Of a DNA stretch of 64,000 nucleotides, positions 1 to 11,030 are shown piece by piece (positions within the stretch are counted from its first letter, which is position 1; the number at the start of each line of letters is the position of its first letter). Both the position numbers and the translations under genes were made by a program. Below the pieces are notes generated by a model, which ran no database searches, had not been told where the DNA came from, and worked only from the letters and a program-made list of their open reading frames with translations. The stretch spans positions 69,077,837 to 69,141,836 of the forward strand of contig JARFYF010000112.1 of NCBI GenBank assembly GCA_030265395.1. Direction: 5' to 3'. This DNA comes from Rhina ancylostomus (lineage: Eukaryota).

Positions 1-279
1 ACAAGGGTGATCACCTAAACCCCATACTCAAAGACAGGAGATTTCATCTAATTTTCTTCAGGCAGACTGGCACAGGCATTTGTCTGCAGTGCATGCTTCC
101 GCAAAGTGAGATATTCAGATGCCGAAGTCATTTCCTTATAGGGACCAACCAGACCATTCCTTGTGAGGAATGCCTAGTGGCAGGCCTGGAAAACTCTCAG
201 AGGCCCCTTGCAAAAAGATGGTCTTTCTTCACTAGCCTGTCTGACTATTGCAGCTTTCCAACGTGTTCCAATTTTACAG

Positions 280-790
280 GCCACACCTGGAGCCTGTGTA
301 CATATTTAAGGAAGGGGATACTTGTGTTGGAGGCAATGCAGAGAAGGTTCACTAGATTGATTCTTCTGATGAAAGGGTTGGATTATGAAGAGAGGCTGAG
401 CATCTTAGGCCTGCACTCTTTGGAGTTTGGAAGAATAAACAGTGATCTCACTGAAACATAAGTTACTGAGAGGAATGCTGAGAGGATGTTTCCCCTGATG
501 GGGATTTCTGGAACTAGCCGGCATGGTTTCAGAACATGTCCTTCCCTATTTAAGAGTGAAATGAGGAGGAATTTATTCTCTCAGAGGGTCAAGACCCTTT
601 GGAATGCTTTATGCCAGAGAGCTGTGGAGGTGGAGTCATGCGATATACTTAAGGTGGACGTTGACAGTCATTTGAACTACAAGAAAGTTTAGCATCATGG
701 AGAGATGGCAGGAAAATGGTCACTTCAGTGGAGATATGGAGATCAGGGGTCACTGCATGTCTGCAGATGTGGACCTGGATCTCACTGTTC
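280..790 (+). mobile_element. CR1-clade LINE, 5'-truncated 3' fragment
   Basis: ORF 93..461 ends in LEAMQRRFTRLI..MKGLDYEERLSILGLHSLE..DL.E and ORF 486..692 has RRNLFSQRV..LWNAL, both typical of the CR1 ORF2 C-terminus; broken by stops and frameshifts. Confidence 0.85.
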
Positions 791-1424
791 CATGGCACAC
801 TGAGCTGCATTAATAAAGTGAAAACTAACACCGCTGTCTTAATTAAAGTGAAAGCCTGCTGTCTTTCTTTCTACTTCAACAAACTTAGGTTGCCAAATGT
901 AAATCAGCTGGAAGGCACAAATTATTCTCCTTGTACACTCACATAGGGGCTTCAAATAATGGAGGTCTACATACATATGTAGGCATCCATGATTTTAAAA
1001 AATCCATCTTACACTCATAACTGACACTTCTATTTCATCTGTACTAATTTTGAAGTTTGTCAATAAATAGGACTAGAATAGTGACATTCAACATGCCACT
1101 AGACAAGAATAGTAGTCTTCTATTTAACTCTTAAATCCATTGATTGTGACTTCTAAAAAAATTAAGACTAATCAAAATGTTGGCCCGTACTCTGGGGCAA
1201 TGATGGATGTCAACATTTCTGGTGCCTATCGATCACAGAAGAGATCCTGTACTTTTGGAAACATGGCTATAACGGCTATCATTAATGATAATCAGCCATA
1301 ATTGTAGTGATTTTAAAAGATTAATTGGAGGGTCATGGGAAGGGCAAATGTCTGACAAATATTAATGGATTAGTATTTATAATAGTAACTTCAAAACTGG
1401 CACTGGCTGAAATATATTATTCCT

Positions 1425-1810
1425 ATGGAGTTTGGAAGAGTGAGAGAGATCTTGAATGAAGCATACAAATTCCAGAAAGAATGATTTTTTTTCTCATAGG
1501 AAATTCTAGAACTAGGGACCGCTGTTTAAAAGTAAGAGGTCAACTATTTAAGACAGAGATGAGGTAAATGTTTTTCTCTTAAAGGGTGATGAGACTTTGG
1601 AGCCCTATTCTTCACATGGTGGTGGAGGCAGAGCCTTTGAATATTTTTAAGGCAGAGAAAGATTCTTGACTATCAAAGGGGTGTAAGATTACTATGCACA
1701 GAAGAGAATGTAAAGTTGAGGTTACTATCAGATCAGCCATAATCTTAGTAAATGGTGGAGAAATCTTGAGGGCCAAGTGGCTTGTTCCAGCTCCTAATTA
1801 AGATGTTTGT
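1425..1810 (+). mobile_element. CR1-clade LINE 3' fragment
   Basis: ggagtttggaagagtgagagagatc...agacagagatgagg...atcagatcagccataatctt...gggccaagtggc; similar to the copy at 280-790. Confidence 0.75.
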
Positions 1811-1904
1811 TACAGTCTTTCTCCAGCAATAATCTGAACTAATTTGGAGGAGGTCTGCCCCAGTTTCAAATTGAGTCCTTTTAAAGATGTACGTGTATAA
1901 AGTT

Positions 1905-2105
1905 ATATAGTATGGAAATAGGCCATTTCAGCCCAACTCATCCATACCAATCAAGCTGCCTACCTGAGCTAGTCCTATTTGCCTGCTTTTGGCCCATAAT
2001 CCTCTAAACCTTTCCCGTCCATGTACCTGTCCAAATTTCTTTTAAACATTGTAATTGTACCTGCCTCTACCACTTCCAGATATGTCCTCTAGTTTTAGAC
2101 TCTCC
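1905..2105 (-). mobile_element. CR1 3' end, reverse orientation
   Basis: tatggaaataggccatttcagcccaactcatccatacc...ctagtcctatttgcctgc...tccatgtacctgtccaaa is the reverse complement of the CR1 tail seen at 27270-27461. Confidence 0.75.
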
Positions 2106-4739
2106 TATAATTTAGCTGAGATTGGTACTCTCACTTATGCAGTTAGAATATGGATGCTAATAGTTATTTTGCTTTAGAAAGTGCTAGTTTTGTATTTTTA
2201 AACATGCAACTTCTATTTTCTTAACAGTCTGGCAACATTTCATTTTCCTAATAGGACTGAAATTAAGAACCCACGCGAGATGGGATTCCAAGACAGGAGT
2301 AATGGTGTTGAACTTCTGTTCTATTTTACATAACTATGACAAAGTTTATCTTGGATTACAAAGTATGTTAACTCAAGCTCACTGGTTTTCTTTTACCCAA
2401 GATCTACTGTTAATTCACCTAATTTTCCTTTCAAAATTGGTGCTGGACTGTACTTTGAAGGTTAAATTTAAAAAGTTTCTTTGATCACAGCAAGCATCAT
2501 CATTGAACTAAGTACACAATCCACTAAATAATAACTGGGAGCAAGAATATTAGCTGTTTTTCTCTTGTTTCTTTTTACCCTTAAGAACCTCAAGTCAATT
2601 ATAGTTCATGCATCATTGCCCCAACTGAGATCAGCAGGCTTGAATTAATTCTGTTTTTAAATTAAATAGCCTAGATTCTGATTTGTATTAATAGGATTAT
2701 TAAGCAATGTCAATTTAATTTGTTGTGTGAGGTTTGCAGCAGCAAAGCCCAATTTGGCAAATTAGCTGCCTTGATGATGCCATCACATCACACTAACTAA
2801 TTACATATACATGCTTGCCTTGTTAACAGTGTGATCAATGCTAATAAAACATTGCTATTGGAATCAACTCAAACAAATGTTGTGTAATGACTTGAGGGAT
2901 GACATCAGGTTTTAATGAGTTTAGACACTGAGTTTTTTTAAATACTTATTTTGCTTCTGTGAACTGTTGTTGTTCCTGTAAATTAGTTCTGAGTCTTGCG
3001 CTGTCAGCTTCTATATTTCGATGATGGATTATAGTAAGAAAGTTTTTACTGCTTATAAAGAATTGACAGAGAAGCTTAATTGTATTTGCATCTATTTGAA
3101 GCAAAATTTAATTCTGTTTGAAGTTGAATTTCAAACTTAGAAGGGATGAGGATAAACAATTTGTAGATACATATTATGGATTTAGGATCATATTCTGATA
3201 AGGTATTGATATTAGTAATAAAATAATTCTCAATTAACAGTCATAAATGGCTTGAAATGCAAATTGCAATTACGATAAAGTAAGAGCTTGTGCTTAAATC
3301 ATAAAAGAATCAAATTAAAACTCTGACCTGTCGCAGCTTGCTTAATGCTGAGGAGTCAAGTTAAAAAAGAAACTATTTTGAGGCTTCCCAAGAACAAATT
3401 TTGACTTCAGCAATTGATTAATTCCATAATTTAGATATTCCTTATTTTAGGAAACTAAATTATGCTGCTTTTTCATGAACTTCAATATTTATTTTTAATT
3501 TTAAAATGTAATTCCTGATAAAAGTACATGAACAGATTAATATGTTAATACTACATCTTTGCTCATTTTTATTTTTGGTGAGTTAAGAATGAGGAATAAA
3601 TGGACAATTAGTGCAAACTATCTCTTGTGAAATCAGAGTGCCTAAAGAGTGAGCCAGTTGTTGTTGTATTTTGAGTGTGGTGCTGCTGAGGTTGTAACAT
3701 CTCAGTGCATTGGTTATTTCTAGTACTATGGTACAATCCTATTCCTTCTCTGGCTGAATACGAGAATGTCGCTCCAACTTTATATATAAAAAATATGAAC
3801 CATCTGGGATATTTTGCTGTAGTCAAAAACCTAATGGGTATTGTTTCAGATGTCGATGCTTGTGAGACTGCAAAGGGATGTGCCAGAATATTTGTGAACG
3901 TAGCTTGCAAAGATGTGTTTCTCAGCTGGGTGGTAAAACCTATTTTTGGAGATTTTGACTTTTTTTTTAACAAAATGGAAGGTTTACCCTGAGGGTTTCA
4001 AATTCCTGTTTTGGCAGATTCTTTTCACATTTAGTTGACCAATAGTTTTCTCAGGAGGCCATCATCTATTGTATATTTTACATGATTTATGAAAATGTTA
4101 CAACATCTTCAGTCTTGCATTTGGTACAGTTGAAATATTGTTTACTATTTGTATGTTTTATATTGCAAGTTACTTCTATAACTGTTTTTCTGTGTTAATT
4201 TGTTAGTAAATGAATTCTTCAATCAGTTCCTCAATTCTGGAATTCTTCATCAGTTTTAGATGGAGGTGTTTAGTCTGATACTTGACCCCCTTGAAGTGGA
4301 GGAGAGAATATGATAGGCAGTTCCCATCTCCAGTGCAATATATGGTTAAAGTGTAATTGTTAGCTGTGGTATACGCTATCCCATTGAACTTGTGGACAAG
4401 GTTATAGGTTTAATTTGATGTGGCTTAGCAAAACATGTTTTGCTCTAATTTATAGCGTGTGTCAGAGAGACAAGAAGTTGAATGAAATGGATGCAAGTCC
4501 AAAAATCCCTATAGGCCTATACAGTGTTGTGTAATTTAAAGCAATGGAAAATTATCTATTAGAATAAATTTAGCAGTGAGATGGGTACAATTCTCGGAAT
4601 TTTTTTTATTTCAAAGCTATCAATCTTTCTCAGTATAGCATGAATGCAAAAATCTTTTCTGACTTGGAAAAGTTCATTCTTACAGGGAAGAATCTGATGT
4701 GCCTGTTTTGCCTTGGGTGGGCTGTAAATTTTCTTTTGA

Positions 4740-4965
4740 GTTTTAATTTGTTGTTAATCTCTAATTGTCCTGGAAAGTGGCAGTAATCTGCCGCCTTGAA
4801 TCTGTGAAATGTGATAACTGCACTTCCAGAGTGCTGTAGGGTTGTGAGTTCCAGGATTTTGACGCTATGGCGAAGTAGTTCCCATGATGTAGTTCCAAAC
4901 CGAGTTGGTGTGTGATTTTCTTTTTGAAGGAGAGATTGCAGACAGGTATTCCTGTATGTTCAGGA
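4740..4965 (-). mobile_element. Old LINE 3' fragment (same family as 13270-13970)
   Basis: Shares gagttccaggatttt...gtgtga...ttgcaga with 13345-13440. Orientation and family are inferred from recall of elasmobranch repeats. Confidence 0.5.
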
Positions 4966-6133
4966 TTCAGGAGTATGGAATTATGTGGATATAGCAGGCA
5001 TTAATTCAAATGAAAGCCAGTCTTCAGGAAACCTGTTCTAATGTAAAGTGCAAGCAGTAATCAGTTTGAAATTAAAAGGACAGCTTTGTAAACAGTACTG
5101 TCTACTAGCACTGGCCCACTGCAGGAGGCTGCTCAAGTGATACGGTTTGCAAACTCGCTTGACTGTGAGATATTTTTGAATGTATCGGCCGAACTTAAGA
5201 CAATGGAATTATGTTAATTGGCCTACTTCAAACCAGGCATCAGACACCAGCTAAGTTATATCATCACTGAGCACATCAAACATGGACATTGGTGTATTTG
5301 CTTTACCTGTCAAGGATTGGGATATTTGTGTACTCAATCATTTCTCACAACATGACTTTTGGGTATCTGGATTCTCTGCCCTAAGAAGCTTTCAGACCAT
5401 CCATATGAATTACTTTGCCCCAGAAAAGTGTTTGAACATTTGGGTGGCTTGTCAGTTATAGTGTGCCCCCACTATAAAAAGGTAATTCAGTGGAGGCATT
5501 TGTCAGAATCAGAATATCGAATTAAACAATGTCACAGTAGCTGTTGAAAGCATATTGAAATAGCTGCTGTTAACTTTATTCTTAAGAATATAAAGACTTG
5601 ATGTACTTTGAGTTCAGGGAGACTCTACTGAGAAAGTCTCCAAGAGAATGCTTGCTTGTCATAATGAATAAGGACCTTTATATCTACCAGCTTCGGTGTC
5701 TCCAGTGACTTAGTTCATAGACACAACACAGTAGATCTACTGCTCTTTTTCTAGACCGTAGAAGCCACAAGTTTGTGAAGTGTTGCCTGCAAAATTGTGG
5801 TGAATGGGTAGGCATTGCAACCATGGTGAGCTGATGGTGGGGGGACAGAATGTTTCATGGGATGGCAATCAAACTGGATCCATTATCCTGGCTGGTGTCG
5901 GAGCTATATTTTTCCCCAGGGGTCTGATAATCTTTTTAGGTAATTGAAGATTTTGGGGAGACAGAATGAGTCACTTACTGTAGTATATCCATCTTCTGAA
6001 CTGCTCTTTATTATCAATGTAGTTAGATAGCTGGTCCAGTTAAGATTCTACTCAATGATAACTTCTCTGAAAGTTGTTTGTGATTGATTTTGAGGTAGTT
6101 ATGTTGCTGATTGGTAAGAGGAGGTTGCTAGAG

Positions 6134-6300
6134 TGTGGCACAGTATGGCTGCTGCCTCACAGTGCCAGAGACCCGGGTTCAATCCTGACCTAGGGTGCTG
6201 TCTGCATGGAGTTGGCATGTTCTCCATGTGATCACTTGTGTTTTCTCCAAGAGCTCCAGTTTCCTCTCCAAAGATATGTGAGTTGGTAGGCTCATTGCTC
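6134..6300 (+). mobile_element. tRNA-derived V-SINE (HE1-like), 5' part
   Basis: gtggcacag...gctgctgcctcacagtgccagagacccGGGTTCAATCC (pol III B-box), followed by V-domain gtgctgtctgcatggagttggcatgttctcc...ctccagtttcctc. Confidence 0.8.
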
Positions 6301-6340
6301 ACTTGAATGTGGTTTCTATTTTTCTGCACTCAACCATGGA

Positions 6341-6468
6341 CCCCAGATGAAGGGTCAAAATGTCAACTATCCACTCCTGTCCACAGATGTTGTCTGACCC
6401 ACTGAGTTCCTCCAGCAGTTTGTTTTTTTTTGCTCCAGATTTCAGCATCTGCAGTTTCCTGTGTCTCC
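6341..6468 (+). mobile_element. Penelope-like element terminal (pLTR) fragment
   Basis: cagatgaagggtc...cacagatgttgtctgacccactgagttcctccagcagtttgt...ctccagatttcagcatctgcagtt; related copies at 8015, 10940, 14501 and 15900. Confidence 0.7.
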
Positions 6469-7554
6469 AAGAGGGAATACCCCGATTTGCCCACCTTCAC
6501 CAAAAAGCTCAACACTATCCAGGATGAGCNNNNNNNNNNTGTGTGTCCCATCCATGAGATGTTCTTCAACTGAGTAACAGCATCTCATCTTCCTAAATCA
6601 TTTTCCATCTGGAACAATAAAGACAGCCAACCTTTTGGAATATCACTATATGCAAGTTCTTTTAAAGTTGTATATAATCCTAACTTGGAGAAAAGTCATT
6701 TGGTCAAAATCCTGGAGCGCTCTTCTTCCCAGCAATTGGGGTTGTCTCAACATCTACTCAAGGGTGTTTAGGAGTTGACAATAAGATATGCCCTTGCAGT
6801 GATGCCCAAATACTATTAATTAATTTTTAAAAGTGATTTTGTTGATTAACAATATTTTCTTGCCACAGGGGTCCTGTAAGGTAGTTCTTTTTTTTCCAGT
6901 TTAGTTCCATTCCAAAATTATTTTGAAACTCTTTGATTACTTGCCTATTAGATTCAAGAATTTATTTTGACCGAAAATTTTCTCTAGTGGGGAATGAAAT
7001 AGCCTCTATGACGGAATTTAACGTGTTTTATAGGTGCATCTGGCTTTTTGCCAGGATATTATCTGGTTAGGGAGGTGGGCTGTCTGCATTTGACTCCAAC
7101 CTTGGGTGGACTGGACTATCACATTTATATTCTTGTATGGTCATAATAGCAGCAACAAATTGCATTTATTTGGCGGTCCTCACTTAAAACATATCAAAGC
7201 TTAACAAAAATGCATAAAAGTAGACCTGAAAGAAAGAAGTGGAAGAAATGTTTAAAGGGTGAATTAATTTGTAAACATGGTCAAAGGAAAAGGGATGTAG
7301 GGATTATTGATGGAAGTTCTAGTACTTTCAGCTAGAATTTCAGTGGCTATTATTGTAGCAGAATGTTATCAGATCCCTTTTTATTAAATGTGTGCAGTGT
7401 TATGAATTGGTGTTCCTGCATTCCACTTCAAACTTGCATATTTTTGTTTCAGAGGTCAGCAGTTTCCAGTCATAACTGTAAATCTGTTATTTGCTTGCCT
7501 ATAAACCTGTTACTATCTTTATGGTCTTGCATGTATATGGGGCCCTTTACTCAT

Positions 7555-7905
7555 AATGGCACTGGAGGAGGCCATTTGTTCCTTGAGTCCATGCCTGCTC
7601 CCAGAAGAACAACTCCATTGGTCCTGTGCCTAGTCTCATTTCCTTGCAACCTCTGTACCCTCTCTTGTGTATAACCATCAATTCTTATTTCTCTTTTTGC
7701 CATTAATGGAGGAGTAATTTACAGACACCAATTAAGCTATTACATATCCTTGGGATGGGATTTGGTGGGGGGGGGGATGGGTGGTGGGGCGGCGGGGCTG
7801 CAGCATCCAAAGAAGCCCACATCATGGTCATGTAGGGAATGTGTAAACTCCATGTCTGAACCTTGGGTCCTGTGTGTGAGGGAACTCTGCTAACTGCCTG
7901 GTGCT
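7555..7905 (-). mobile_element. Degenerate V-SINE, reverse orientation
   Basis: Reverse-complement CR1-type tail (gaggccatt...gagtccatgcc) plus V-domain (gggaatgtgtaaactcca) and head (gaaccttgggtcc...ctgctaactg). Confidence 0.6.
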
Positions 7906-8014
7906 TCACAGCTACAAAAGGAACAAAGTCTCAGAAGCAGATAATGTGACAACTGGCGAATATTTGTGCGAAGGAGAGTCTTAGAGAGGTAGAAAATGTG
8001 AATGGTCTGGGGAT

Positions 8015-8155
8015 GAAAATTAAAAATTTACAGATGCTCGAAATACTCGAGGTCAAGCAGTTCTGGAGAAAGGTCTTTGACCTGAAATGTTAAATCTGAC
8101 TCTTTCTACAAATATTATCTGACCTGCTAACTTGTCCAGCATTTTCTTTTTTTTT
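8015..8155. mobile_element. Short fold-back Penelope-derived element with degenerate hammerhead core
   Basis: Left arm gatgctcgaaatactcgaggtcaagca is an imperfect inverse of right arm ctgacctgctaacttgtccagcatttt; centre reads CTGGAGA-A-AGGTC-ttt-GACCT-GAAA-TGTT. Confidence 0.6.
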
Positions 8156-10047
8156 GTGATGCAGCTTGGAGTTTAGTTCTGTATTCTAAACACATGAATG
8201 CAGTTGTATTTCAAGGGGTAGAAAATATGAATGATGAATAGACCTAAGTCATGAAGCTGGAGCCTTATTTTTGGAGTGGGGTGAGGTGGTAGTGAAGTTT
8301 TAATACATAGATAGAAAGTTTAAAGGCATAACATGACCCCTGCCTAACCAATGTGGGTCAGCGTGACTTAACTGCTGTAATGGGAAGAACAGGAACACAA
8401 CAGGAAATACCAGTTAAATAAACAAGAATGCAGGCGATCTAATCATAGATGCATTGTTATTGGGTTAGTCCAATTTATTTTTAAGTTGCTTTATAGTCTA
8501 ATTATAAACACATTGTTAGGATTTTTTGTCAACAAGGACAAATCTTTGCTTCCCTTCATGTTTGCATCATGAAAATTGGTTTCTTGTTTTTCTTGGGAAA
8601 ATGTAACTGAAATCACTTTAAACTAATGATTGCAAAGTCATGCACAGTACATGTCTGAATTTCCATTAAGTGCCACTACTAGATATAATCCTCTTCCAGT
8701 GGTGTATAATTGGAAAATTAATACTTTCGCTCTTCCTTCTAAGGTGTATAGTGTCTAAGGTCTATTAATCGAGAGATGTATGCATTTGCTGTTCCTGTGT
8801 TTATATTGGATTCTCTAAATGACAAGGAGAGACCTCTAGCAAAATCTACTTAATTGCATGTGTAAAGTTTCACCTTGGTGCTTTTCGTGTGTGTAACATG
8901 CCTAAAAAGATTGAGCAACAAGGAGTTCCAAGGAATTCACTTTTATGAAGTACATATCATAGGGTTGGAGACACTTGGCATCTATATGTTTTAGAGATGG
9001 ATTTCAACTGAAATTGCACTGCCACCTTTACAAGGCATCATAACAAAATTGACAAATAAAGTAAACTAAGGCTTCTGCTTGTGTTTGACTGTGCCTAACC
9101 TTGTCCCAATTGCTGGAGTTGGAACAATTTAGTTATTCATATGGACATGATAGGATTTTAGTCCAGCATCTTGTCATTCTGTTGTGTGAGGAGAAAGCAA
9201 TAATGCAGAATGGACTAGATGGAGATTTAAAACAAATGTGCATTAAAACAGTTGATGATCAGTCCAGCAAAGGAGCAGAGTAACAACCTTTGGGTATGGT
9301 AGCCTTACCTCACCAGTTACCAAAGATTGGAACTGGAAGAATTTCTTTAGGGATGTTGGAATTCTGGGACACCAGTTCCATTCCCTACGTGACATTATAA
9401 TTGGGAGAAGATGGTTTTGGAAGAAACAGCACTTATCTGCTCATTTTCAAGCAGAATGTGTCCAGTGCCTGGTAGCAATGGTTCTACCTCAAACAGTTAA
9501 TCCAACTATATTGAATTTCTTTCTTCCAATATGGCATAAGATGCTGGCAGAGTGCAAGTAATTCAACAAGCAATGTTCATAAACATGGTGTTAATACATA
9601 CAATTCACAAAGGTCTCAAGTTTGCATCTCGTATTCTCTTACCATATTGGAGGCTATTTGGCCTTTTGAGTTTATGCAAGATCTAAGAACAATCCTACTC
9701 ACTTACCGTAACATAAATACAAATGTTTTTGGTGATTTGAACTTGAGGTAAAGGAAAATCAGGGCATATTATCTGTGATGTAGTCCTTCTCTGGACTTCA
9801 ATTTGATCAAAGGTAGAATTTGGGATTGCACTTGCATTGATCAGGCACCTGTGAAAATGGTGCAATAGACATGAGGCATACATGTGCTATTACCATGTAC
9901 ATCTTGCAAGAATGTACACTTGTATTTGCATAGTGAACAGGATACATAGCAAGGTCACTGACTACATTTNNNNNNNNNNNNNNNNNNNNNNNNNNNNNNN
10001 NNNNNNNNNNNNNNNNNNNNNNNNNNNNNNNNNNNNNNNNNNNNNNN

Positions 10048-11030
10048 GTTCTGATGATGCCACTTCTCACACCAGTGCTTCCAATACATCTTCCTTTTCC
10101 CTCAGCTGTGGACTCACATCCACCATAATTAACAATGCCATCATCCATGCCTGTTACATTTCCCACTCTTCTGCTCTCACGCTACTCGCAGAATCAAGAT
10201 AAGATTTCCTTTCGGTTAGGTGAACAGTGAGGGTAGTCTTTACAATATCACTAACGGGATTCCATCACCAGACTCCTTTTTATAATCCCTCCCCCACTGC
10301 CCCCTCCCCTGGTCTGAAGAGGTTGCTCCTGCCAGGGTTCCTGATCCCCTTCTCTCAAAACCTCCCTATGCAACTGCTGCCTTTTCACCGCTTCCCTTCT
10401 TGCTGTCCATGACTCAACTCTTCCCATGTGAAGCACAGATTTAAATGTACTTTCATGTAGGTGCATTCCACTTGCTGCCCCATTGGTCTACTCTACACAG
10501 GAGAGACCAGACACATGGGTTCCTTTCTGTTTCTTTTCTGCTCATCCCTTTCTGCTCAGTCTGTAACTATAATTCCCTAGCTTGCCTTTGTCACTTTGGC
10601 CCTTGGTCTCCTGCACTTTTACAACAGAGCTCAAGGCATGGCACCTCATTTTCCAACCAACTACATTGTATCCTTCTAGATACTCTAATATGTACAACAA
10701 CTTGAAATAATGAGCATCTACAGTATTCTTAAATTTCAGAGTCTGGCAATTTTTCTGAATTCCTTTGATTTCAGGTAACTTCTGCATTTTCACCCTTTAG
10801 GCTGCTGTTCCCCTGCAGTATCTCATCTTTCATTATTTGATCTCGCCTGCCTTCCATTCTGGCAAAGAAGATTTTTCCCTTTTCTCCCTGCTCCACCACT
10901 CCACACCATTTTTTCCATTCTAAATCTGTTTATTTGACCAGCCCCAGTTCAAGTGAAATGCCATTAACTGCTTTCTCCAAAGATACTGCTGAATTTACTG
11001 AGTATTTCCAGCACCTATTGTTTTGTAAGA
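10048..11030 (+). mobile_element. Penelope-like retroelement remnant (RT C-terminal linker, GIY-YIG endonuclease, 3' end)
   Basis: SDDATSHTSASNTSSF..GL.STIINNA...ISHSSALT in ORF 9882..10202; GLLYTGETR (decayed LYIGET) at ~10485-10511; pLTR-type tail agatactgctgaatttactgagtatttccagca at ~10980-11013. Multiple frameshifts. Confidence 0.7.

Noticed and set aside
3608-3992. Overlapping 121-aa and 95-aa ORFs on opposite strands
   Set aside because: Non-ATG starts, no recognisable domain and no convincing flanking splice-site pair.
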